From IMG/VR virus record IMGVR_UViG_3300002835_000124: a DNA stretch of 64,000 nt; one strand, 5' to 3'. Below the pieces are notes generated by a model, which was given only the letters and a program-made list of their open reading frames with translations, was not told where the DNA came from and made no database searches. The translations under genes were made by a program, and so were the position numbers. Source of the stretch: an uncultured virus (IMG/VR IMGVR_UViG_3300002835_000124) (Duplodnaviria > Heunggongvirae > Uroviricota > Caudoviricetes). This document shows, piece by piece, positions 32,414 to 41,516 of this stretch (the first letter of the stretch is position 1; every line of letters begins with the position of its first letter).

Positions 32414-33274
32414 ATGGCTAAAAATTTATTAAAACAAGTTATGATTAAAGATACCAAAAGTAAGGTTACAAATACTGAAGAAGACGAAGGTTTTGTTGAA
32501 GGTTTAGTAGACGCAATTAACTCTGGATACCTTGCTAAAACAAAACCAAAATTTACAAAGAAAAATAATTTTTCTGCATCTAATTTAACCTACGGCTCTG
32601 GAGAGTGCCCAAGATATTGGCATTTAGCATTTGAAGGTCAAATATTTTATGACAATGCAGATGCTTTTGGTGTAGCAAATAGAACACAGGGAAGTCTTGG
32701 GCATGAAAGAATTCAAGAAGCAATAGCAGCATCTGGATTGCTTGCAGAAGATATGGAGTTTGATCCACTTCCAAGAAAATATAACAAGCAAACTCATCCA
32801 GCAATGGAATTTAGAGTTAAAACTGATGATCCACCATTTGACGGATATGGCGATGTAATGCTTGACTATAAAGGTGAAAGACTTATTGGTGAAATAAAGA
32901 CAATGCCTAATGATGGATTTCAATACAAAAAAATAAGTAGACGACCTAAGATGGGTCACCTAATGCAATTATTAATGTATATGAAAGTTTTAAAAATTCG
33001 TAAAGGTGTTATGATTTATGAAAATAAAAATAATCACGAGTTACTTACATTGCCTGTAGTAGTAAATGAACATTATCGTAATTGGGTAGAGCAGGCTTTT
33101 GAGTGGATGAGAATAGTTTATAAAAATTGGCAAGATCAAAATTTGCCAGAAATTCCATATCGCTCAAATTCAAAAATTTGTAAAGTCTGTCCAATTCAAA
33201 AAGCATGTGCTGAGGCAGGGCCAGGCACAATAAAGATTAAACCTTTGGTATTATTAAAGGATGAAGAGGGTTAA
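32414..33274 (+). CDS. Cas4-like PD-(D/E)XK exonuclease
   Basis: SAS...CPRY, GH, D...EIK, QLLMY, C-terminal CKVCPIQKAC Fe-S motif; TGcTATACT promoter at 32384. Confidence 0.85.
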   Translation: MAKNLLKQVMIKDTKSKVTNTEEDEGFVEGLVDAINSGYLAKTKPKFTKKNNFSASNLTYGSGECPRYWHLAFEGQIFYDNADAFGVANRTQGSLGHERIQEAIAASGLLAEDMEFDPLPRKYNKQTHPAMEFRVKTDDPPFDGYGDVMLDYKGERLIGEIKTMPNDGFQYKKISRRPKMGHLMQLLMYMKVLKIRKGVMIYENKNNHELLTLPVVVNEHYRNWVEQAFEWMRIVYKNWQDQNLPEIPYRSNSKICKVCPIQKACAEAGPGTIKIKPLVLLKDEEG

Positions 33275-33279
33275 TTAAT

Positions 33280-33573
33280 GTGAAATTGTGTGAAAGATGC
33301 GAGACCCCGTTTAAACCTAAAGTAAGTTATCAAATTTATTGTGGAAACTTTTGCAGAGAAGAAGCAACAAAAGCGAAGATAGCCGAAAGGTATCAAATAA
33401 CTCGCAGACAAAAAAGAAAAGGAAAGAAAAGGCTTTGTCTTGGTGGTTGTAAAGAACAACTTTCAATATACAATGATTCTGGGTTTTGTTCTAATTGCAA
33501 TGTAAATAAAAAAGAAGTAGATAAAATGTTAAAACAAATAAAAGGATTTATTGACTATGAACAACAATGGTAA
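33280..33573 (+). CDS. Zinc-finger hypothetical protein
   Basis: CERC, YCGNFC, CLGGC, CSNC. Confidence 0.65.
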   Translation: MKLCERCETPFKPKVSYQIYCGNFCREEATKAKIAERYQITRRQKRKGKKRLCLGGCKEQLSIYNDSGFCSNCNVNKKEVDKMLKQIKGFIDYEQQW

Positions 33574-34132
33574 TCCCAAAACAATTTGTGCTATTGATGC
33601 AAGTACCAATAGTCTTGCTTTTGCTATTTTTAATGATAAGACTTTGGGAGATATTGGTAAAATTAATTTTGAAGGAAAAACAAATTACGAAAAGGTTATG
33701 GATGCTTGCGCTAAAACAAAAGCATTTTTTGAATATTGTGGAGGATTTGAAGCAGTTATAATTGAACATACTGTATTTATGAATAGTCCTAAAACTGCTG
33801 CAGATCTAGCATTGGTTCAAGGCGCACTTTTGGGTGCAGCAGGGTTAACTGGAACAAAAACTATAGGAACAGTAGCACCCATAACTTGGCAAAATTATTT
33901 AGGAAACAAAAAATTAACAAAAGAAGAACAGATTACAATTAGGCTAAAATCCCCTGGAAAATCAGAATCTTGGTATAAGGCATACGAGAGGCAAATTAGA
34001 AAAGAAAGGACTATAAAAATAATTGAAATTAATTATGATAAAATTATTAGCGACAACGACGTTGCTGACGCTTGTGGTATCGGGCATTGGGCTATTAATA
34101 ATTGGGATAAAGCGATAGGGGTAAATAAATAA
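33557..34132 (+). CDS. ruvC: RuvC-like Holliday junction resolvase
   Basis: ICAIDASTNSLAFAI, VIIE, DNDVADACGI. Confidence 0.85.
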   Translation: MNNNGNPKTICAIDASTNSLAFAIFNDKTLGDIGKINFEGKTNYEKVMDACAKTKAFFEYCGGFEAVIIEHTVFMNSPKTAADLALVQGALLGAAGLTGTKTIGTVAPITWQNYLGNKKLTKEEQITIRLKSPGKSESWYKAYERQIRKERTIKIIEINYDKIISDNDVADACGIGHWAINNWDKAIGVNK

Positions 34133-35589
34133 TGAAAAACGTAAAAAGTTTGACCGTTGTTGGCGGTGGGACCGCTGGTTTAGTTTCTGCACTTATTTTA
34201 AAAAATCGCAGCAACCTAGATGTAAATTTAATTTATTCTTCAAATATTGGCATTGTCGGTGTAGGTGAAGGATCAACAGAACATTTTAAAGAATTTATGA
34301 ATTTTCTTGGAATTAAAGATAGTGAAATTATTTTAGAGTGCGATGCAACATTTAAAATAGGTGTTATGTTTGATAATTGGATAAAAGATAAAAAATATTT
34401 ACATTCTGTTTATCATCCATACGCATCAAAGTCTGGACAATACCTTAACGTATATGGAAAACAAATACCTGAAAATTTAAATCTTTATCCAGAAAGTATT
34501 GTAAATAATTTAGTTCCTCCAAGTGCAATAAATATAGACTCTTCGGCACCAACAAACCAGTATCATTTTAATACTTTTAAATTAAATGATTTTTTAAAAA
34601 AGAAAGCCGTTGCAACAGGCATTAATGTTTTTGATGATGATATAGTTGAAGTTCAACTAGACGAAACGGGTTTTATTGATTTTATAGTTGGAGAAAAATC
34701 AAAATATAAAAGTGATTTTTATATAGATGCAACAGGATTCAATAGAATTTTAATGAATAAATTAGACGTTAAATGGAAATCTTTTAGCAAATATTTAAAA
34801 TTAAACTCTGCAATTACATTTCCAACAGGAGATGAAGACAATTACAATTATTGGACATTGGCAAAAGCAATGGATGCAGGCTGGAGATTTAAGATACCAA
34901 CTTGGGGCCGTCACGGAAATGGATACATATACGACAAAAACTTTATAACTGCTGACGAAGCAAAATTAGAGGTAGAAAAAGAACTTGGACATGAAGTAGA
35001 GATTGGAAAAACTTTTGAGTTTGATCCTGGCGCTTTAGAAAATGTCTGGAGTAAAAACTGTGTTGCAATGGGATTAAGCGGATGTTTCTTTGAACCATTA
35101 GAAGCAACCTCAATTGGATTAACAATTCAACAAAGTTTTTTGTTAATGCATAAAATTCAAAACTATGATGAAAGAGTTATAAAAGATTATAATGAATCAT
35201 TTGAAAAAATAACAGAAAATATTAGAGACTTTATTGTGTTGCATTATTTAACAAAAAGAAATGACACTGAATTTTGGAAAAATATTTTAAGTGTAGAAAT
35301 TCCAGAGTCTTTAAAATATAATTTAGAAAGATGGAAAACAAAACTTCCAATCGCTGAAGATTTTATGAATTATTCTACCTACGCTATGTTTTCTGCAGCC
35401 AACTTTGCTGTTGTTATGGCTGGTCTTAATTTATTTGATAATGATGCAATTTTACAAGAATATAATTTTTTATCAAATAATCTAAAAAGATATACAGAAA
35501 ACATAACTGCTTCTGCTTGGCTTGAAAGTGAAGTAACAAAATCAATAGAACATAAAAAAATAATTCAAATTATTAGGGATGTAAACTAA
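34132..35589 (+). CDS. Flavin-dependent tryptophan halogenase-family protein (copy 1)
   Basis: VVGGGTAG, GVGEGST, ATFKIG, YIDATG, WRFKIP, FEPLEATSI. Confidence 0.9.
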   Translation: MKNVKSLTVVGGGTAGLVSALILKNRSNLDVNLIYSSNIGIVGVGEGSTEHFKEFMNFLGIKDSEIILECDATFKIGVMFDNWIKDKKYLHSVYHPYASKSGQYLNVYGKQIPENLNLYPESIVNNLVPPSAINIDSSAPTNQYHFNTFKLNDFLKKKAVATGINVFDDDIVEVQLDETGFIDFIVGEKSKYKSDFYIDATGFNRILMNKLDVKWKSFSKYLKLNSAITFPTGDEDNYNYWTLAKAMDAGWRFKIPTWGRHGNGYIYDKNFITADEAKLEVEKELGHEVEIGKTFEFDPGALENVWSKNCVAMGLSGCFFEPLEATSIGLTIQQSFLLMHKIQNYDERVIKDYNESFEKITENIRDFIVLHYLTKRNDTEFWKNILSVEIPESLKYNLERWKTKLPIAEDFMNYSTYAMFSAANFAVVMAGLNLFDNDAILQEYNFLSNNLKRYTENITASAWLESEVTKSIEHKKIIQIIRDVN

Positions 35590-35592
35590 AAT

Positions 35593-36237
35593 ATGCCAGA
35601 ATTAAATGCCAATATTCCACCAATTGAATGTTATGTTCGTGGTAATTATTTAAGAAATCAAAAAGATAGTCATGACAAGTATTTCCCATGTGTTATATTT
35701 GGTGTTGCTAGTATAAAAAGCAGAAGTCCTTTATTTCACATAATGATGGAAGACGGTGGGCTATGGTGGAGATTGCCAATTAGTGCATTTTGTACAAAAC
35801 CTGGAGTTCCTGAAGTAGACTTACACAATTTAGTTTTATGGAACTCCTTTAGCCATCACATATCTGTGACTAAATTTGAAAATCTTACAAACCTTAGAAT
35901 GTCATATATTGATAGAACAAAGACAAGACATGATGGAACATATCTCTTTACTCTTGACTGGCATAATCCAGATGCAAACGTTATGGATGACGGGTATTCA
36001 GAAAGTCCTTCTGAGCACAAATGTGGACACGTCATACAGCGAGATGATGGCAACTTTGCTGTTCAGCCCAATAATAGAGTTCGTATTTATGAACCTTCCT
36101 TTACCCTGAAAAAAGATTATGTTATTGAAAGAATAATTAATGATTATAAATGGGATGTTGAAAATCAAAATAAATGGATGCTGGAAGACTCTGATAAATT
36201 TTATTATGATATTAATACAAAAGAGGTTGACAAATAA
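35593..36237 (+). CDS. Conserved phage hypothetical protein
   Basis: 214-aa ORF with LNANIP, RLPISAF, YLFTLDW, HKCGH, QPNNR. Confidence 0.7.
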   Translation: MPELNANIPPIECYVRGNYLRNQKDSHDKYFPCVIFGVASIKSRSPLFHIMMEDGGLWWRLPISAFCTKPGVPEVDLHNLVLWNSFSHHISVTKFENLTNLRMSYIDRTKTRHDGTYLFTLDWHNPDANVMDDGYSESPSEHKCGHVIQRDDGNFAVQPNNRVRIYEPSFTLKKDYVIERIINDYKWDVENQNKWMLEDSDKFYYDINTKEVDK

Positions 36238-36255
36238 CACTATGAGTGGTAAACT
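36227..36255 (+). promoter_or_regulatory. Sigma-A-type promoter overlapping the start of the HTH gene
   Basis: TTGACA-N17-TAAACT with an extended TG. Confidence 0.6.
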
Positions 36256-36397
36256 GTATACAAGTGAGGTTTGGCTCCGTAAGAGATATCTTATAGATAA
36301 AAAATCTCCGCAAGACATTGCAAAAGAATGCGGGACTAGTGTAGAAACTGTTTACGTATATCTTGCAAAATTTAAACTAAGGAGATCAAAGCGATGA
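36242..36397 (+). CDS. Small HTH protein
   Basis: WLRKRY...SPQDIAKECGTSVETVYVYLAKF. Start placed at ATG 36242. Confidence 0.7.
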   Translation: MSGKLYTSEVWLRKRYLIDKKSPQDIAKECGTSVETVYVYLAKFKLRRSKR

Positions 36398-37056
36398 AAG
36401 AACAACCAATCTATACTACTGGCGGTATAATTTTAGATTACGATTATTTTAAAATAGCATCAATAATGACAATTTTAAGAGCAAAAGGTTTATATCAAAA
36501 TAAACCAATGCTGTCTTTACCATTTCTAGATTGGTTTGAGTCTTATGATTTTAGTGACTTTAATTTAATTGAATTTGGTTCTGGAAACTCAACAAATTAT
36601 TTTGCTGACAAAGTAGAAACTGTTGTTTCGTTTGAAACTGATATAAATTTTTATAATAATTTTAAATCATCACTATCAGAAAATGTTGACTACAGGTTTA
36701 TTCAAAAATATGATTTAGAAAATAAAATTCCAGATATAGAAATTAACGATAAAACAATTGTTTTTATTGATTCTGCATCTAATAGATTTTTATTAACTAA
36801 GAATATTTTAAAGACTGAATCTCCAAATATTTTAATATTAGATAATAGTAACGAATACAAAAATACATGTAAGTTTTTATATGATAACGGTTATTTAGAA
36901 ATTCCACTTTGGGGATTAAGATTTATGGAAGTTGAAGAAGCATGCACATCAGTTTTTATTAAAAATAATTTTAATATGATAGAAAAAAATTATAATTATT
37001 TTTCTCCTGGATCTATTCAAAAAACAGAAAATTCTTGGGATATAGATTCAGAATAA
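36394..37056 (+). CDS. SAM-dependent methyltransferase-like protein
   Basis: LIEFGSGNST, VSFETD, VFIDS, LILDNS. Confidence 0.7.
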   Translation: MKEQPIYTTGGIILDYDYFKIASIMTILRAKGLYQNKPMLSLPFLDWFESYDFSDFNLIEFGSGNSTNYFADKVETVVSFETDINFYNNFKSSLSENVDYRFIQKYDLENKIPDIEINDKTIVFIDSASNRFLLTKNILKTESPNILILDNSNEYKNTCKFLYDNGYLEIPLWGLRFMEVEEACTSVFIKNNFNMIEKNYNYFSPGSIQKTENSWDIDSE

Positions 37057-37087
37057 TTAAATTTTAAAAATAGATAGAGGTATTAAG

Positions 37088-37423
37088 ATTAAATTAAATC
37101 CAGTATTTAAAGATGTAAAAAATTTTAGTTGTGAAGATTTATATCTTCATTCTATTGGTGCTCCATCTGGGAAAGATATTTGGTTAACATGCCACGGAAT
37201 TGCACAAATGCTTGTTGATAAAAATATTGCATACGGAGATTCTGCTTTAGATCCCGTTAGAATTTTTAGCAAGGCAGATCCAGTAGAACAACTTAGGGTA
37301 AGAATTGATGATAAGTTAAGCAGACTTATGAAGGGTACAGACTATGTTGGAGACAACGATATAGATGATCTTATTGGATATTTGGTATTGCTTAAAATAG
37401 CAAAGGAAAAAAATGTCAACTGA
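37088..37423 (+). CDS. DUF1599 / nucleotide-modification-associated domain 1-like protein (start probably ATT)
   Basis: KNIAYGDS...VRIDDKLSRL...DDLIGYLVL. The frame is open 40 codons upstream of ATG 37208, and SD GAGG lies 7 nt before ATT 37088. Confidence 0.65.
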   Translation: MKLNPVFKDVKNFSCEDLYLHSIGAPSGKDIWLTCHGIAQMLVDKNIAYGDSALDPVRIFSKADPVEQLRVRIDDKLSRLMKGTDYVGDNDIDDLIGYLVLLKIAKEKNVN

Positions 37424-37949
37424 AACAGAATTAATAGAGCATCTTGATGAAGTAAATAAAGTTGTTGCGGAATATCTTAAAGGTCAAGATCCAACAAAAA
37501 TTTCTAAAGACTTGAACATGCCAAGAACTCGTGTTGTTGCATTAATTAATGAGTGGAAAGTCATGGCTTCCGCTAATGAAGCAATTCGTGCTCGTGCAAA
37601 AGAAGCACTTGCTGGAGCAGATGCACATTATAGTAAATTAATTACAAAATCTTATGAGGTTATTGATGAGGCATCAATGACAAATAATCTTAGTGCAAAA
37701 ACACAAGCAATTAAGTTAGTTGTAGACATTGAAAAATCTAGAATTGAAATGCTTCAAAAGGCTGGTCTACTTGAGAACAAAGAACTTGCAGAAGAGATGG
37801 TTGAGATTGAACGTCGTCAAGAAGTTCTTGTTGGCATTCTTAGAGACATTGCGTCAGAACATCCTGAAGTTCGTGATTTAATTATGCATAGACTTTCATC
37901 TATTGCAAAAGAAGGCGAAGTGATTACAATTGTCCACGATGTTCAATGA
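37413..37949 (+). CDS. Putative terminase small subunit
   Basis: N-terminal HTH-like region plus helices; overlaps the large terminase. Confidence 0.6.
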   Translation: MSTETELIEHLDEVNKVVAEYLKGQDPTKISKDLNMPRTRVVALINEWKVMASANEAIRARAKEALAGADAHYSKLITKSYEVIDEASMTNNLSAKTQAIKLVVDIEKSRIEMLQKAGLLENKELAEEMVEIERRQEVLVGILRDIASEHPEVRDLIMHRLSSIAKEGEVITIVHDVQ

Positions 37950-39714
37950 TTTTCTTGAAGTATTAAAAGAAAACCATTTTATTGAAAAACCAGTTGACGT
38001 AAAAACATTTGTGCAGTCACCAGATTATCTTGGACAACCAATATTGTCCGATATTCAATATGAAATAGTAGAGGCCATGAGCCAAATTTATCGTAAAGAA
38101 GATCTTATGGAGTTGATGGGTGATGCCGAAGGATTAAATCATTTTAATAAATACACTAAAAATGAACTAATTCTACAACTTGGCAAGGGATCTGGAAAAG
38201 ACTTTATATCTACCGTAGCATGTGCATATGTAGTATATAAACTGCTTTGTCTCAAAGATCCAGCAATATATTTTGGCAAGCCTGCAGGAGATGCTATTGA
38301 TATTATTAACGTTGCTGTTAACGCTCAACAGGCTAAGAATGTTTTCTTTAAAGGTTTTAAAACAAAAATTGAAAAGTCACCATGGTTTGCTGGAAAGTAT
38401 AATGCTAAAGCAGACTCTGTAGAATTTGATAAGGCAATTACTGTTTATTCTGGTCATTCAGAAAGAGAATCGCATGAGGGATTAAACCTTCTTATGGCAG
38501 TGCTTGATGAGATTTCTGGTTTTGCAACAGAGGTTAATACTGGCAATGAACAGGGTAAGACTGCTGACAATATATATAAAGCATTTCGTGGTACTGTAGA
38601 TTCTCGTTTCCCTGATCTTGGTAAAGTTGTTTTGCTTTCATTCCCACGCTATCAAGGTGATTTTATTTCTCAGCGATATGAATCAGTAATTGCAGAAAAA
38701 GAAACTGTTGAACGCACACACACATTTATTATGAATGAAGATTTGCCACATGATGATCCAGGAAATCAATTTGAAATTTCATGGGAAGAAGACACAATAC
38801 TGTCATACAAAATTCCAAGGGTGTATGCATTTAAACGACCAACTTGGGAAGTTAACCCTACTCGTAAAATAGAAGATTTTAAACTAGCCTTTTACACAGA
38901 TTTAGGAGATGCAATGATGCGTTTTGCATGCATGCCTACATATGCATCAGATGCTTTCTTTAAACAAAAAGATAAATTAGAAAAATGTATGAACACTAGA
39001 AATCCATTAGATCAGTTTAGAAGGTTTGATGAAACCTTTAAACCAGATGAGAATAAAGTTTATTACATACATGCCGACCTTGCACAAAAACATGACAAAT
39101 GTGCTGTTGCTATTGCACATGTTGATAAATGGGTTAACATTCAAGTTATTAAAGATTATGAGCAGGTTGCTCCTATTGTTGTTGTTGATGCCGTTGCCTG
39201 GTGGGAGCCAAGAGCAGAAGGACCAGTCAATTTATCTGAGGTAAAACAATGGATTATGAATTTGCGTAGACAAGGATTTAATATTGGTATGGTTTCTTTT
39301 GACCGATGGCAGTCTTTTGATATTCAGAATGAATTACAGGCTGTTGGAATTAAAACAGAGACTGTTTCAGTTGCTAAAAAACACTATGAAGATTTGGCTA
39401 TGATGATTTATGAAGAGCGTGTTGCTATTCCAATGATTCCAATTTTGCTAGAAGAAATGTCAGAATTAAAAATAATGAAAGGCAATAGGGTTGATCACCC
39501 TCGTAAAAAGTCAAAAGACTTGGCTGATGCAGTTTGTGGGGCGGTATTTGGAGCAATATCCCATACACAAAAGACTAATAATACAGAGATAGAAATTCAC
39601 ACATGGAGTTCTTCTACACGACTTGCAGAAAAGCAGCAACGTATGGTAGAATTGGATAATCGGGAAATGCCTAACGATGTTAAGGATTTTCTAGATAAAC
39701 TCAACTTAATATAA
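37930..39714 (+). CDS. terL: Terminase large subunit
   Basis: Walker A GKGSGKD, Walker B AVLDE, nuclease HADLA, FDRWQS, DHP..KSKDLADA. Confidence 0.95.
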   Translation: MSTMFNDFLEVLKENHFIEKPVDVKTFVQSPDYLGQPILSDIQYEIVEAMSQIYRKEDLMELMGDAEGLNHFNKYTKNELILQLGKGSGKDFISTVACAYVVYKLLCLKDPAIYFGKPAGDAIDIINVAVNAQQAKNVFFKGFKTKIEKSPWFAGKYNAKADSVEFDKAITVYSGHSERESHEGLNLLMAVLDEISGFATEVNTGNEQGKTADNIYKAFRGTVDSRFPDLGKVVLLSFPRYQGDFISQRYESVIAEKETVERTHTFIMNEDLPHDDPGNQFEISWEEDTILSYKIPRVYAFKRPTWEVNPTRKIEDFKLAFYTDLGDAMMRFACMPTYASDAFFKQKDKLEKCMNTRNPLDQFRRFDETFKPDENKVYYIHADLAQKHDKCAVAIAHVDKWVNIQVIKDYEQVAPIVVVDAVAWWEPRAEGPVNLSEVKQWIMNLRRQGFNIGMVSFDRWQSFDIQNELQAVGIKTETVSVAKKHYEDLAMMIYEERVAIPMIPILLEEMSELKIMKGNRVDHPRKKSKDLADAVCGAVFGAISHTQKTNNTEIEIHTWSSSTRLAEKQQRMVELDNREMPNDVKDFLDKLNLI

Positions 39715-39731
39715 AAATAACAAGGAGAATA

Positions 39732-41414
39732 ATGAATTCATTTAAGAAAATTGCCCTAGGACTCGCTGCAGCCATGTCCTTTGGCGTAATGTCAGCACTT
39801 CCGACAAGTGCTGCTGTTATTGCACCAACCTTGACAATTGATTCTGCTACAGATTCAATTATCGTAGGTGAGACTGCAACAGCAGTAGTTTCATTGTCAT
39901 ATATTTCAGAAACATCAGCAGATACAGCAACAGTTCTATCTGCCATGTTTACACAGCCTTCTACGGCTAACAAGTCTGCAACACTTACATTGCTTGAAAC
40001 AAATACAGCAACAGTGGCAATTGCAGGAGATAGTTTAACTGCAAATGTTAACTCAACAGTTAATACAGCAGGATACGTAACAGCAAAGTTTACAGTTACT
40101 TTGGCTGCTCCAACAGTTGCTGGAACATATGTTGCAACAATTCTTACAACACGTCCATCAAGTGGTCCTTCTGTATCTTGGACAGTAACAGTAGGTGCAG
40201 GAGATACAGTTCCTTCAGCATCAACAACAACTTCAATTCTTAATAGAGGTGAAGTAATTACTGCTACAACAGATGATTCAGTATTTGCGCCAAAGGTAGC
40301 ATCATCAGATGCAGCAGCGGTAATTGTTCTTTCACAAAAGAATGCAGCAGGTAGAGCAACATCAGAATCACTTCTTGCTACAGTAACTGGAGCAGGTCTT
40401 GTTGGTTATGGTACAAATGCTACAACAATTGGATCAGCAGGTCGTTCACTTGTAATTCCATCAGGCAACTACATTGGTGTTTTTGCTGACGGTACAGCAG
40501 GAGTTGGAACAGTTACAATTACAACCCTTACAGGAACAGTTCTTGCAACAGAGACTGTAACATTCTATGGAGATATCGCAACAATTGTTGCTACTCCAAT
40601 TAAGTCTGTCATTGCAGTTGGTGCAAATACAACTACTGTAAAGGCAGTTGCTAAGGATGCATCAGGTGTAACAGTTGGTGCGGGAACACTTTATGCTAAT
40701 TCATCAGATTTATCTATAGTATCTGATTCAGGTACAGCAGTGGCAATTTCAAATGGTGAAGCACTATTTACAATTACTGGCGTTAAGGCTGGTGGTGCTG
40801 CAGTTACAATTAGAAATGCAACGGGAACTATTAAGTCTGCTCCAGTATCTACTCGTGTAGAGTCACCAGCAGCAACAGTTAAGTTGTCATTTGATAAGGA
40901 TACATACCTTCCAGGAGAAGCAGCAATTATCAAGGTACAGGTTCTTGATGCAGCAGGTCTTCCAGTATCTGGAAAAGCACATTCTGCTCTATTTGCAACA
41001 GGTGGAATTACTTCAACCTACGCATTTGGTTCAGGATCAGATGTTATTACAGCAACATCAGTTACAACTGATACAGATACAGTTAAGTCATACAAGGTAT
41101 TTATGCCATTGACAGAAAACACTGTAACTATTTCAGCAACTGGTGGAACTTCACTTCCTTTGGCTGGACAGGTAGCAGTATCTGCAACAGCAAAGGTATC
41201 AAATTCTTCTTCTAGCACAAACGCTACTCTTGCAGCATTAGTTGCACAAGTAACAGCATTGCAAGGAATTTTTGATAGTCTTAAAGCAGAACTTGCTGCA
41301 GAAAAGGCTAAGGCAATTGCTGATCGTGCTGCTTTTGTAAAGCAATATAATGCACTTGCTACAAAGTGGAACAAGAAAAATCCAAAGGCTAAAGTAAAAC
41401 TTTTAACTAAGTAA
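39732..41414 (+). CDS. Secreted Ala/Thr/Ser-rich Ig-like (S-layer-like) protein
   Basis: Sec signal MNSFKKIALGLAAAMSFGVMSALPTSA; tandem beta/Ig-like repeats; C-terminal coiled coil and basic tail. Confidence 0.75.
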   Translation: MNSFKKIALGLAAAMSFGVMSALPTSAAVIAPTLTIDSATDSIIVGETATAVVSLSYISETSADTATVLSAMFTQPSTANKSATLTLLETNTATVAIAGDSLTANVNSTVNTAGYVTAKFTVTLAAPTVAGTYVATILTTRPSSGPSVSWTVTVGAGDTVPSASTTTSILNRGEVITATTDDSVFAPKVASSDAAAVIVLSQKNAAGRATSESLLATVTGAGLVGYGTNATTIGSAGRSLVIPSGNYIGVFADGTAGVGTVTITTLTGTVLATETVTFYGDIATIVATPIKSVIAVGANTTTVKAVAKDASGVTVGAGTLYANSSDLSIVSDSGTAVAISNGEALFTITGVKAGGAAVTIRNATGTIKSAPVSTRVESPAATVKLSFDKDTYLPGEAAIIKVQVLDAAGLPVSGKAHSALFATGGITSTYAFGSGSDVITATSVTTDTDTVKSYKVFMPLTENTVTISATGGTSLPLAGQVAVSATAKVSNSSSSTNATLAALVAQVTALQGIFDSLKAELAAEKAKAIADRAAFVKQYNALATKWNKKNPKAKVKLLTK

Positions 41415-41427
41415 AACTTTATAAATT

Positions 41428-41460
41428 AGAGGGTTAGCCAAGTGCTAGCCCTCTTTTTTA
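41428..41460 (+). terminator. Intrinsic terminator
   Basis: AGAGGGTTAGC-caagt-GCTAGCCCTCT-TTTTT. Confidence 0.85.
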
Positions 41461-41516
41461 TTTAATAAAAATGGTATAATTACTAATATAGTTAACCATA
41501 GGAGATCACCACTCAA

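Noticed and set aside
32414..33274. Cas4-like gene as evidence of a CRISPR-Cas system
   Set aside because: No repeat-spacer array or other cas genes were seen. Solo Cas4-like nucleases are common in phage recombination modules.
22753..39714. Inteins or introns in DnaB, DnaE, RecA or TerL
   Set aside because: Lengths are normal, motifs are contiguous, and no intein splice-junction or homing-endonuclease motifs were seen.
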